From the NCBI GenBank assembly GCA_022340345.1, contig JAJDOE010000103.1, positions 1 to 53,489 on the forward strand: 53,489 nucleotides of DNA. Direction: 5' to 3'. The DNA is from Gammaproteobacteria bacterium (lineage in GTDB: Bacteria > Pseudomonadota > Gammaproteobacteria > HyVt-429). The notes below the pieces were generated by a model that had not been told where the DNA came from, did no database searches, and was given only the letters and a program-made list of their open reading frames with translations. Position 1 is the first letter of the stretch, and every line of letters starts with the position of its first letter. The position numbers were made by a program, and so were the translations under genes. Shown here one piece after another: positions 28,975 through 37,846 of the stretch.

Positions 28975-29801
28975 GATTTGGCTCCGAACTGCTCCGCCAG
29001 TTCCTCGCCGCGGCGCGTGGCGGCCTCGATGGCCTCCCGCACCAGGGCCGTGAAACCGCCCGCCTCCAGCCGCTCCAGCGCGGCCTCGGTAGTGCCCCCT
29101 GGCGAGGTGACCCGGCGTCGCAGTTCCGCGGGATCGTCGCTGCTTTCCAGCGCCAGGCGCGCGGCCCCCAGGGCGGTCTCCAGCGTCAGCAGGCGGGCCG
29201 AGGCAGGTTCCAGGCCAGCGTGTTCGCCGGCCTCCTGCATGGCCTGCATGAGCGCAAAGAAATAGGCCGGGCCGCTGCCGGAGACCGCGGTGACCACATC
29301 CATCAGCGATTCGTTGGCCACCCAGACCGTCACCCCCACCGCACGCATCAGGGACTCGGCCAGGTCACGGCCCTCGGCATCCACCAGCGGGTTGGCATAC
29401 AGCGCGGTGGCCCCGGAACTGACCAGTGCCGGGGTATTCGGCATTGCGCGCACGATGGGCACTCCGCCTCCCAGCCAGCCCTGCAGGCTGGTTTCACGAA
29501 TGCCGGCGGCGATGGATACCACCAGTGGCTTTTCTTTTTGTACCCCCGGCATCAGGCCGGCTGCCGCGTCGCGCATCTGCTGGGGTTTTACCGCCAGCAC
29601 CAGTGCGTCGGCCCCGGCGGCGATGCCCGCGTTATCCGCCTCGCAACGGACTTCGAACCGCCGCCGCAGGGTGGCGCAGGCCTCGCTGCTCGGATCGGCG
29701 GCACGCAGTCTCTCGGCCGGCCAGCCGCTGGCGAGCAGCCCGCCGATCAGGCTGCGGGCCATGTTGCCGCCGCCAATGAAGGCAATGGTCTTGTTGGTCA
29801 T
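28971..29801 (-). CDS. proC: Pyrroline-5-carboxylate reductase
   Basis: Motifs FIGGGNMA, LAVKPQ, RAMPNTP, SGSGPAY and VTSPGGTT. Confidence 0.98.
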   Translation of the reverse strand: MTNKTIAFIGGGNMARSLIGGLLASGWPAERLRAADPSSEACATLRRRFEVRCEADNAGIAAGADALVLAVKPQQMRDAAAGLMPGVQKEKPLVVSIAAGIRETSLQGWLGGGVPIVRAMPNTPALVSSGATALYANPLVDAEGRDLAESLMRAVGVTVWVANESLMDVVTAVSGSGPAYFFALMQAMQEAGEHAGLEPASARLLTLETALGAARLALESSDDPAELRRRVTSPGGTTEAALERLEAGGFTALVREAIEAATRRGEELAEQFGAKS

Positions 29802-30529
29802 GGGGCTATCTTAGCAGTGCCGTGCGGCACCGACGTGGGGGGTCGCGGACCGAACAGGTCGGTTCCCACCCGCACCATGGTGCTGCCGGCGGCGATGGCG
29901 GATTCCAGGTCGGCGGACATGCCCATGGACAGGCAATCCAGCTCCAGCCCCATGGAGCGCAGGGCGCTGAACAATCCGGCCATGGCATCGAAGGCGGCCC
30001 GTGCATCCTCGCCCCTGGCGGCCGGCGCCGGGATTGCCATCAGGCCGCGCAGGCGCAGGTTGGGCAGCGCGGCCACGGTCAGGGCCAGCTCCGGCAGCGC
30101 TGCGGGGGCTACCCCCGCCTTGGAATCCTCGCCGGAAATGTTCACCTGCAGGCACACGTTCAACGGCGTCGGGTGTTCTTCCCCTCGCTGGGTGCTGAGA
30201 CGCTCGGCGACGCGCAGCCGGTCTACGCCCTGGACCCAGTCAAACTGGCGTGCGATCTGGCGGGTCTTGTTGGTTTGCACCGCGCCGATGAAATGCCACT
30301 CGATTTCCCGGTTTGCCAGCGCCGCCATCCGGGCCTCGGCTTCCTGCAGGTAGTTCTCGCCAAAGGCGCGCTGGCCCAGTTGGTACAGGAACTCGATCGA
30401 AGCCAGGGGCTGGCGTTTGCCCACGGCGAGCAGTCGGACCGAGCCCGCCGTTCGTCCGGAATTCGCCTCCGCGGCTCGAATCCGGGCCTGTACCGCCTGC
30501 CAGCGGGTTTCCAGCGGGTTGTGGGCCAT
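29798..30529 (-). CDS. yggS: PLP homeostasis protein YggS
   Basis: Motifs LLAVGK, FGENYLQE, WHFIG, LSMGMS and VRVGT. Confidence 0.97.
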   Translation of the reverse strand: MAHNPLETRWQAVQARIRAAEANSGRTAGSVRLLAVGKRQPLASIEFLYQLGQRAFGENYLQEAEARMAALANREIEWHFIGAVQTNKTRQIARQFDWVQGVDRLRVAERLSTQRGEEHPTPLNVCLQVNISGEDSKAGVAPAALPELALTVAALPNLRLRGLMAIPAPAARGEDARAAFDAMAGLFSALRSMGLELDCLSMGMSADLESAIAAGSTMVRVGTDLFGPRPPTSVPHGTAKIAP

Positions 30530-30619
30530 GGTTGCATGACTATACTAGACGGTCAGTGAGCCCCGGGCTGAATCGCCGACGATTGCCGCCGATCGCCCCT
30601 CATCCACGCGGGATACCCA

Positions 30620-31684
30620 ATGGACATCTCCGAACTGCTCGCCTTCGCTCACAAGAAGAACGCTTCCGACCTGCACCTGTCGTCGGGCCTGCCACCATTG
30701 ATCCGCGTAGACGGCGAAGTCAAACGCGTGAACGTGGATGCCCTGGATGAGCGCATTGTCCACAGCATGATCTACGACATCATGAACGACAAGCAGCAGA
30801 AGACCTTCGAGGAGTTTCTGGAATGCGATTTCTCGTTTGATCTCAGCGGGATTGCGCGATTTCGTGTCAACGCCTTCCACCAGATGCGGGGACCGGCGGC
30901 GGTGTTTCGAACCATTCCGGCCAAGGTGCTGACCCTCGACCAGCTCAACGCGCCACAGATTTTCAAGGAGATCTCGCTGCAACCCCGTGGCCTGGTGCTG
31001 GTGACCGGTCCGACGGGTTCGGGCAAGTCCACGACCCTTGCGGCGATGCTCAACCACGTGAATGAAAATCAGTATTCGCACGTTATCACTATCGAGGATC
31101 CCATCGAGTTTGTGCATCAGAGCAAAAACTGCCTGATCAATCAGCGGGAACTGCACGAACATACCCTGGGCTTCGCCGAGGCCTTGCGCGCCTCTCTGCG
31201 TGAGGATCCGGATGTCATCCTGGTAGGCGAGATGCGCGATCTGGAAACCATCCGCCTGGCGCTGACCGCGGCAGAAACCGGTCACCTGGTATTCGCGACC
31301 CTGCATACCACTTCAGCGGCCAAGACCATCGATCGCATCATCGACGTGTTCCCGGCAGCAGAGAAGGACATGGTGCGGGCCATGCTCTCCGAGTCCCTGC
31401 GCGCGGTAATTGCCCAGACCCTGATGAAAAAACTCAACGGCGGCCGGGTCGCCGCCCACGAGATCATGATTGCCACTCCGGCGATCCGAAACCTTATCCG
31501 CGAGAACAAGGTCCCGCAGATGTATTCCTCGATCCAGACCGGGCATGCGGTGGGCATGCAGACGCTCGACCAGTGCCTGCTGGAGCTGGTGCGTTCGCGC
31601 ATCGTGGCGATGGAGGAAGCCCGTTCCCGCGCCCAGGACCGGGACAAGTTCCAGATGGCCGCACTGGCCGCAGTCAAGGGCTAA
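30620..31684 (+). CDS. pilT: Type IV pilus retraction ATPase PilT
   Basis: Motifs ASDLHLS, GPTGSGKST and LREDPD, plus the PilT-specific AIRNLIRE. Confidence 0.98.
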   Translation: MDISELLAFAHKKNASDLHLSSGLPPLIRVDGEVKRVNVDALDERIVHSMIYDIMNDKQQKTFEEFLECDFSFDLSGIARFRVNAFHQMRGPAAVFRTIPAKVLTLDQLNAPQIFKEISLQPRGLVLVTGPTGSGKSTTLAAMLNHVNENQYSHVITIEDPIEFVHQSKNCLINQRELHEHTLGFAEALRASLREDPDVILVGEMRDLETIRLALTAAETGHLVFATLHTTSAAKTIDRIIDVFPAAEKDMVRAMLSESLRAVIAQTLMKKLNGGRVAAHEIMIATPAIRNLIRENKVPQMYSSIQTGHAVGMQTLDQCLLELVRSRIVAMEEARSRAQDRDKFQMAALAAVKG

Positions 31685-31687
31685 GCT

Positions 31688-32800
31688 ATGAATTTTGCCG
31701 ACTTTCTCAAGCTCATGGTGCACAAGCGCGCCTCGGACCTGTTTATCACCGCCGGCGTGCCGCCAAGCATCAAGGTGGACGGCAAGATTCAACCACTGAC
31801 CAAGCAGTCGCTGACACCCGAGGAGTCCCGTGCCTTCGCCTACGGCATCATGACCGAGGAACAGCGGGGCATGTTCGAGGCCAGCAACGAGGCCAACTTC
31901 TCCATTCACCCCAAGGAGATCGGACGCTTCCGTATCAACGTCTTCATGCAGCAGGGAAGGACCGGCATGGTGGTGCGGACCATCCAGACGCGCATCCCCA
32001 CCTTCGAGGAACTGCGTCTGCCCGGGGTGCTCACCGATATCGCCATGACCAAGCGTGGCATGGTGCTGTTTGCGGGCGCCACGGGATCGGGTAAGTCCAC
32101 CTCGCTGGCGGCGCTGATCGGCTACCGCAACAAGCACAGCTATGGGCACGTGGTGACCATTGAGGACCCGATCGAATTCGTCCACGAACACAACAACTGC
32201 ATCATCACCCAGCGGGAAGTAGGCGTGGACACGGATTCTTTCGATATCGCGCTCCGCAACGCCATGCGCCAGGCACCCGACGTGATCCTCATTGGCGAGA
32301 TCCGTACCCGCGAGACCATGGACAGCGCCATCGTTTTTTCGGAAACCGGTCACCTGTGCCTGGCTACCCTGCACGCCAACAACACCTACCAGGCGCTGGA
32401 CCGGGTCATCAACTTCTTCCCCGAGGATCGGCGTGACCAGCTGCTCATGGACCTGTCGCTGAACCTGCGCGCCATCGTCTCCCAGCGCCTGATCCCGGTG
32501 CGGGACGGTAAGGGGCGGGTGCCGGCGGTGGAGGTGCTGATCAACTCTCCCCTGGTGTCGGACCTCATCCAGGAAGGCCGCATGGACGAGGTGCGGGACG
32601 TAATCGCCCGCTCCCGGGACACCGGCATGATGACTTTTGACCAGTGCCTGTTTGATCTCTACGAGCAGGACCTCATCAGTTACGAGGATGCCCTGCGCAA
32701 CGCGGATTCCGTCAACGACGTGCGCCTGCGCATCAAGCTGGACAGCAAGAACGCCCGCAACGAAGAACTGGGCGAGTCCATGCGCAACGTGACCTTCTAG
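31688..32800 (+). CDS. pilU: Type IV pilus ATPase PilU
   Basis: Motifs ASDLFIT, GATGSGKST, RQAPDVILIGE and TLHANN. Follows pilT. Confidence 0.97.
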   Translation: MNFADFLKLMVHKRASDLFITAGVPPSIKVDGKIQPLTKQSLTPEESRAFAYGIMTEEQRGMFEASNEANFSIHPKEIGRFRINVFMQQGRTGMVVRTIQTRIPTFEELRLPGVLTDIAMTKRGMVLFAGATGSGKSTSLAALIGYRNKHSYGHVVTIEDPIEFVHEHNNCIITQREVGVDTDSFDIALRNAMRQAPDVILIGEIRTRETMDSAIVFSETGHLCLATLHANNTYQALDRVINFFPEDRRDQLLMDLSLNLRAIVSQRLIPVRDGKGRVPAVEVLINSPLVSDLIQEGRMDEVRDVIARSRDTGMMTFDQCLFDLYEQDLISYEDALRNADSVNDVRLRIKLDSKNARNEELGESMRNVTF

Positions 32801-32825
32801 GCGCGATCCGCTCCTCCGTAGCGCC

Positions 32826-33827
32826 ATGGGCGTACTGATCCGCCTGCTGCTGGCGCTGGCCTTCGCCACCACCTGCTACTTCAGCGGCACGACCCTGGTG
32901 GATCGCCACCAGGGCCTGGTGCTCGACCAGGATCTGCTGCAGCGCGCCGAGCAGCTGGCGGCGGACGGCGATCTGGCGGAAGCGCGCATGCTCGCGCGCT
33001 TCGTGCTGGAGCATCCGCAACTGGGGGACGTGGACGCGGCGCGGGCGCTGGACGCCCGGCTCACCGGGGAGCTGGAGTCGTTCTGGGGCCAGGCCCGGCG
33101 ATTCGCCCAAGGGGCGGTCTCCGGCGAGCCGCGGGATACCGCCAGCCTGCTGGGGACCCTGTCCCTGGACCTGTTTGTGATCGGCGATATCCGCGACCTG
33201 GTGGTGCAGGGTGGCCGCGAACTCAACGACGGCAGCGGCGATGATCTGATCCTGGCCTTGTCCGCGGTTGGCCTGGTCACCACCCTGTTGCCGGAGGTGG
33301 ACTGGGCGCCGGCGCTGATGAAGGCGTTCCGGCGTGCCGGCGCCTTCAGCGCGCGGTTTCTTCATACCCTCAAGGGCATGGCGCGCACCGCCCTGAAGCA
33401 GCGTCGCTTCGGAAAACTGCGGCGGGTGGCGGAGGATTTCGGCAAGACCGTCAGCCGCCTGGGCCCGGGCCCGGCCATGGGCGTAATGAAGAACGTGGAC
33501 AAGACCGGTGATCTGGCGCGGGTGGCGCGGGCCGCTGCCCGCGACCCCGTCGGCACCTACGTGCTGGGTTCCCGCTTTGGGCGCAAGGGCATCGGCCGGC
33601 TGGCCGCCGACGGCGGCAACGTCACGCGTTTGGTGAATACCATCAAGGTGAGTGCGCGGCTGGGCAAGGCCGGCTCCAAGACCCTCAAGACGACCCTGGG
33701 AGCTGTGCTGCGCAACCTGCCGACGCTGCAGCTGACCGGCCTGTTCCTGGCCAGCCTGGTGCTCTCCCTGGGCCTGCTGGTGGGCGCCGGGACCCGGCGC
33801 CGGCGGCCGCGCGGGGCCACCGCCTGA
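32826..33827 (+). CDS. Hypothetical membrane protein
   Basis: 333 aa with hydrophobic segments at both ends, a DLFVIGDIRDL...LSAVGL core and a basic helical region. Codon usage looks native. Confidence 0.7.
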   Translation: MGVLIRLLLALAFATTCYFSGTTLVDRHQGLVLDQDLLQRAEQLAADGDLAEARMLARFVLEHPQLGDVDAARALDARLTGELESFWGQARRFAQGAVSGEPRDTASLLGTLSLDLFVIGDIRDLVVQGGRELNDGSGDDLILALSAVGLVTTLLPEVDWAPALMKAFRRAGAFSARFLHTLKGMARTALKQRRFGKLRRVAEDFGKTVSRLGPGPAMGVMKNVDKTGDLARVARAAARDPVGTYVLGSRFGRKGIGRLAADGGNVTRLVNTIKVSARLGKAGSKTLKTTLGAVLRNLPTLQLTGLFLASLVLSLGLLVGAGTRRRRPRGATA

Positions 33828-33905
33828 ACCGCCGGCCGCAACGCGGGTCACAGCTTAAAGACCGCCGCCCGCGGGGCAGGGGCCGTCCACCAGCGGAGGA
33901 AAACC

Positions 33906-35321
33906 ATGCGCCATGATCCCGAGGGCACTCGGCTGCCCATCAAGCTGGATGCGGCCAGCAATGCCGAGTTTGCGCCCCGTCCCCTGAGTGCCGCGGAGCG
34001 ACGTGCGCGCCGCCAGGCACTGCGGGATGCGGACGCCAACGCGCGCCGTGCCGGACTGCCGCGGCGCCGCTTCCTGGTGTCCCTGTGCGGGGCGGCGTCC
34101 ACCCTGCTGAGTTTCAACATGGCCAACGCCGCCCGTGGCGTGCACGGCGGCTTCTTCGACATCCACCGGGAAGCGGCCCTGGACCCGGAGCTGGCGCAGG
34201 CCGCGGTCGGGCCGGCGGCAGACGAGTTCATCTTCGACGTGCAGGGTCACTACCTGCCGCCGCGCACGGCGGCGGCCCTGAAGCCGCGCTGCGCCGCCGA
34301 TCACCCGGCGCTGTCGCGGGACTACCTGGCCTGCCTTGGCGCCGAGTCCTTCATCAAGGACGTGTTCATGGACTCGGACACGGACATGATGGTGTTGTCC
34401 TTCGTGCCATCGGCGCGGGACGCGGAACCGCTGACCATCGAGGAGGCGGACGCCACCCGGCGCATCGTCGAGCTGATGGAAGGCAGCCACCGCCTGCTGC
34501 TGCACGGGCGCGTCAATCCCAACCAGGCGGGCGACCTCGAGGACATGGAGCGTCTGGCGGGATTCGGCATCTCTGCCTGGAAGACCTATACGCAGTGGGG
34601 ACCGGACCAGCAGGGCTATTACCTGGACGACGACACCGGCATTGCCTTCATCGAGCGAGCACGGGAACTCGGCGTGCGCAATATCTGCGTGCACAAGGGC
34701 ATACCCTTCGGCACAGATTCCTACGAGCATTCGACCTGCCGGGACATCGGCGTGGTGGCGCGGCGCTACCCGGACGTGAACTTCCTCGTCTACCACTCGG
34801 GCTGGGTGCCCGGCAAGGCGGAGGGTCCCTACGACCCGGACCGCCAGGACGGCGTGGACGCGCTGGTCACCTCGTTGCGGGAGAACGGCATTGGGCCGGG
34901 CGGGAACGTGTATCCGGAACTGGGCTCCACATGGCGCTACCTGTCCATGCGCGACCCCGACTCGGCGGCGCATACCCTGGGCAAGCTGCTGAAATACGCT
35001 GGGGAGCGCAACGTGCTGTGGGGCACGGACTCGGTCTGGTATGGCTCACCCCAGGACCAGATCCAGGCCATGCGCAGCTTTCAGATCGCCGGGCCGCTGC
35101 GCGAGGCCCACGGCTACCCGGAAATTACGCCCGCATTGCGGGCACGCATTTTCGGCGGCAACGCCCTGCGCATCTACGACGTGAAACGGACCGGCGAAAG
35201 ATCAGGTGCGGACGCGGTGGCGCGTGCGCGAGAGGAATACCGGCAGGACCCGGACCCGCATTTTCTCAGCCACGGGCCGACAACGAGGCGGGATTTTCTG
35301 CGGTTGCGGCATCCGGTATAG
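33906..35321 (+). CDS. Amidohydrolase-2 family metalloenzyme with a Tat-like motif
   Basis: GGAGG RBS, metal-site motifs DVQGH, CVHKG, YHSG and WGTD, and RRRFL followed by a hydrophobic stretch near the N-terminus. Confidence 0.85.
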   Translation: MRHDPEGTRLPIKLDAASNAEFAPRPLSAAERRARRQALRDADANARRAGLPRRRFLVSLCGAASTLLSFNMANAARGVHGGFFDIHREAALDPELAQAAVGPAADEFIFDVQGHYLPPRTAAALKPRCAADHPALSRDYLACLGAESFIKDVFMDSDTDMMVLSFVPSARDAEPLTIEEADATRRIVELMEGSHRLLLHGRVNPNQAGDLEDMERLAGFGISAWKTYTQWGPDQQGYYLDDDTGIAFIERARELGVRNICVHKGIPFGTDSYEHSTCRDIGVVARRYPDVNFLVYHSGWVPGKAEGPYDPDRQDGVDALVTSLRENGIGPGGNVYPELGSTWRYLSMRDPDSAAHTLGKLLKYAGERNVLWGTDSVWYGSPQDQIQAMRSFQIAGPLREAHGYPEITPALRARIFGGNALRIYDVKRTGERSGADAVARAREEYRQDPDPHFLSHGPTTRRDFLRLRHPV

Positions 35322-35326
35322 GTGTC

Positions 35327-36574
35327 ATGTCATCCCGAACGCGCGGACGGATCTCCAGCGATCCCGCCAGTAAAAAATCCGAAAGCAATGAGGGGCGGGT
35401 GGATCATCGCCCCCTGATTACGATCGTGGTGCATGATCTGGCCACGAACAGTTTCGGCCGGGCCCTGCGCCTTTCCCGGATGCTGGCTCCGGAGTTCGCG
35501 GTGGAGTACCTCGGCTTCGCCTCCGGCCCGACCTGGGCGCCGGCGGCGGGTCATGGCCAGGTGCAGCATCGTGCGCCCACGCCGGATCGGAGGCAGTACC
35601 GTTCGGAACTCCGTGCGCTGGCCCGGCGCGCGCGAGGGGACCTGGTGATCGCTTGCAAGCCATGGCCCTCCGTTCTCGCTCTCGCCGGCCGTGCGGCCCG
35701 GCAAATTGGCGGTCCGCGAATACTGGATATCGATGACTGGGAACTTGGGTGGTTCTACTCCCCGTCGCGTCGCACCATCCTTTCCCGGGCCATCGGTACG
35801 ATCCGCGATCCGAACGGTCTGCTGCGCACCGCTTGCGCGGAGTACCAGGCGCGTTGCTGGCCCGTCCGCATCGCGTCCAACCGCTTCCTGGCGGCTCGAT
35901 TTTCCGCCACCCTGATCCCGCACGGGGCAGACACCACGGTCCTTCAACCTGCCTCGGCGGCGCAGCGGGCCGCCGCACGCGCCCGGCTCGGACTCGATCC
36001 GGATCGCGTCTGGCTGGGCTTCGTTGGAACGCCCCTGCGGCACAAGGGCATTCGCGTCCTGGTCGATGCCTTGCGCGGCCTGGAAGGTGACGATGTAGGA
36101 CTCCTGATCGCTGGCGCCGCCCGCGAAAGCTCGCTGGTGGCCAGGCTGGTGGACCTGGCGCCGGGCCTGGTGAAAACCAGTCCACCCTTTTCCGTTAACG
36201 AACTCCCGGACATCCTTGCCGCGATCGATCTCGTCTGCCTTCCCCAGCTGGATCTGCCATTTTGCCGCGGGCAAATGCCCGCCAAGGCGTACGATGCCAT
36301 GGCCATGGCCATTCCCGTTGTCGCTTCGGCGGTGTGCGATTTTCCGGAGGTGCTGGAAGGCTGTGGCGTCCTGGTGCCTCCGGGAAACGTCGCTGCGGTG
36401 GGCAAAGCCGTCGCTTCTCTGGTTCGGGATCCGCACAAGCGAGCTGAGCTCGGCCGCCGCGGACGGGATCGCTGCGAACGCGAGTTCAGCACGGGAGTGG
36501 TTGGAGCGCGCCTGCGGGAGATTGTCCGGCAGACGCTGGAGGGCGAGGGTGCGACGGACAGCCTGGCCGGCTAA
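35327..36574 (+). CDS. Glycosyltransferase family 4 (GT-B)
   Basis: Motifs LDIDD, GFVGTPLRHKG and PAKAYDAMAMAIPVVAS. The start may instead be GTG 35399. Confidence 0.85.
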   Translation: MSSRTRGRISSDPASKKSESNEGRVDHRPLITIVVHDLATNSFGRALRLSRMLAPEFAVEYLGFASGPTWAPAAGHGQVQHRAPTPDRRQYRSELRALARRARGDLVIACKPWPSVLALAGRAARQIGGPRILDIDDWELGWFYSPSRRTILSRAIGTIRDPNGLLRTACAEYQARCWPVRIASNRFLAARFSATLIPHGADTTVLQPASAAQRAAARARLGLDPDRVWLGFVGTPLRHKGIRVLVDALRGLEGDDVGLLIAGAARESSLVARLVDLAPGLVKTSPPFSVNELPDILAAIDLVCLPQLDLPFCRGQMPAKAYDAMAMAIPVVASAVCDFPEVLEGCGVLVPPGNVAAVGKAVASLVRDPHKRAELGRRGRDRCEREFSTGVVGARLREIVRQTLEGEGATDSLAG

Positions 36575-36628
36575 CCAGCCCGGGCAGGTCGGCATGGGGC
36601 AGATCACGCTTGTGCCTGCATTATCCGG

Positions 36629-36655
36629 GAAAATTGTGATCCGACCCCAATTTTC
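36629..36655. repeat. Short inverted-repeat element GAAAATTG-TGATCCGACCC-CAATTTTC
   Basis: Perfect 8-bp AT-rich arms in a convergent intergenic region. Confidence 0.5.
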
Positions 36656-36782
36656 TTCGGGCCGTCTGCTTGGTTTTGCTGGTGAAGCCAGGGACTTGGC
36701 TTTCCGGCAAGCGCTGCTGGCCGCGGGTCCGGACCCCGTGACGGCGTATCGCGGTTACTTCGCCTGGCGCCGGAACACCGGC

Positions 36783-37271
36783 CTAGATCCAGCGCCGGAC
36801 GCGTTGCCGGTAGCTGTCGTAGTCGGCCCCGAATTTGCTACTGAGGTATTTCTCTTCGCGGGCGATCACCCCGTAGCGCAACACGGCCCAGGCGGGCGCC
36901 AGCCACGCGAGCAACCAGGGTTCCGCCAGTATCCCGGCCAGCCCCGCCTGCAGGCTGAGCAGGGACAGGTACATGGGGTTTCGAGTGAAGCGGTACGGAC
37001 CCGAATCCACCAGCCGGGTAGTGCTCTGGAAGGGATTGATGGTGGTGCGCGCGGTGCGGAAGCTCAGCGCCGCCCAGGCGACCAGGCCGGCGGCCAGCAG
37101 CGCCAGCAACCGCCCCGGCCAGACCATTTCGTCCGCGAATCCCGGCCAATCCAACGGCCAGTAGTGGCCGCAGAGCAACCCGGCGGCGATGGTGACAGAG
37201 ACGATCAGCGGTGGCGGCGCCAGGATGCGTGCGCTGTCCGGGGCGCGCCGGAAATGGTCCGTCAGGCTCAC
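36783..37271 (-). CDS. Isoprenylcysteine carboxylmethyltransferase/PEMT family membrane protein
   Basis: Motifs LVDSGPYRFTRNPMYL and EEKYL...FG..Y..Y...VRRWI. Confidence 0.92.
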   Translation of the reverse strand: MSLTDHFRRAPDSARILAPPPLIVSVTIAAGLLCGHYWPLDWPGFADEMVWPGRLLALLAAGLVAWAALSFRTARTTINPFQSTTRLVDSGPYRFTRNPMYLSLLSLQAGLAGILAEPWLLAWLAPAWAVLRYGVIAREEKYLSSKFGADYDSYRQRVRRWI

Positions 37272-37846
37272 CGGCGAGCACGGATGCGCAGGCTGCGGAC
37301 CTCCACCGGCGGCAGGCAGCCATCGTCGAATTCGCAGGCCGCCAGTATCCCGGCGCGGGCGATGGCGCGGGGATCCTTGAGCCGGCCGTAGACCGCGTGC
37401 ATCGCGCCCAGCGCCAGACGGGTGCCGGAGCCGATGGCCCAGAATCGGGTGTACTCGGTTACCGAGCGCCAGCTCTCCAGTTCAAACAGACCACCGGGGC
37501 CGGCGATCAGCAGGCTCAACTGGCTGGATTCCACCGGCTGCTCCTTGTCTTCCCGCGGCTCCACGAAGTAGTCGTCCTTGAGCAGGCGGTGCAGCTTGAG
37601 GGCGGTGGCGAAAATTGCCTCGCGGTTGGAGAAGTCCAGCTCCTTGCGATGTCGCTGCACCACGTGCTGCATGATATTGGCGGTGGCCGCCCAACCGGCG
37701 ACTCCGATCCAGGTGCCGCCGGTGCGCAGCAGCTTGGTGTGGTTGATCCGCCAGGCGGCCGGAATCAGCAGGGACTCGTCCGATTCCGCGGTGTCCGCGG
37801 CGATTGCAGCCTGCTGTCCCTTGCGTACGACGACGATTATCGACAC
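37268..37846 (-). CDS. Proteasome beta/HslV-fold Ntn hydrolase, BPH-like
   Basis: GTG at 37846 with GGAG 8 nt upstream. Sequence (M)[18 protein letters not shown]...TKLL...FWAIGSG...ACEFD. Confidence 0.8.
   Translation of the reverse strand: MSIIVVVRKGQQAAIAADTAESDESLLIPAAWRINHTKLLRTGGTWIGVAGWAATANIMQHVVQRHRKELDFSNREAIFATALKLHRLLKDDYFVEPREDKEQPVESSQLSLLIAGPGGLFELESWRSVTEYTRFWAIGSGTRLALGAMHAVYGRLKDPRAIARAGILAACEFDDGCLPPVEVRSLRIRARR

Noticed and set aside
31313-32872. 519-aa minus-strand ORF
   Set aside because: Antisense shadow of pilT and pilU.
34085-36574. 829-aa ORF suggesting an amidohydrolase-GT4 fusion or frameshift
   Set aside because: The upstream half is Arg/Gly/Pro-rich off-frame sequence. 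The amidohydrolase ends normally at 35321 and I saw no slippery site.
36660-36782. Possible gene remnant (DPVTAYRGYF) in the intergenic gap
   Set aside because: Too short, with no start or supporting motif to allow any family assignment.
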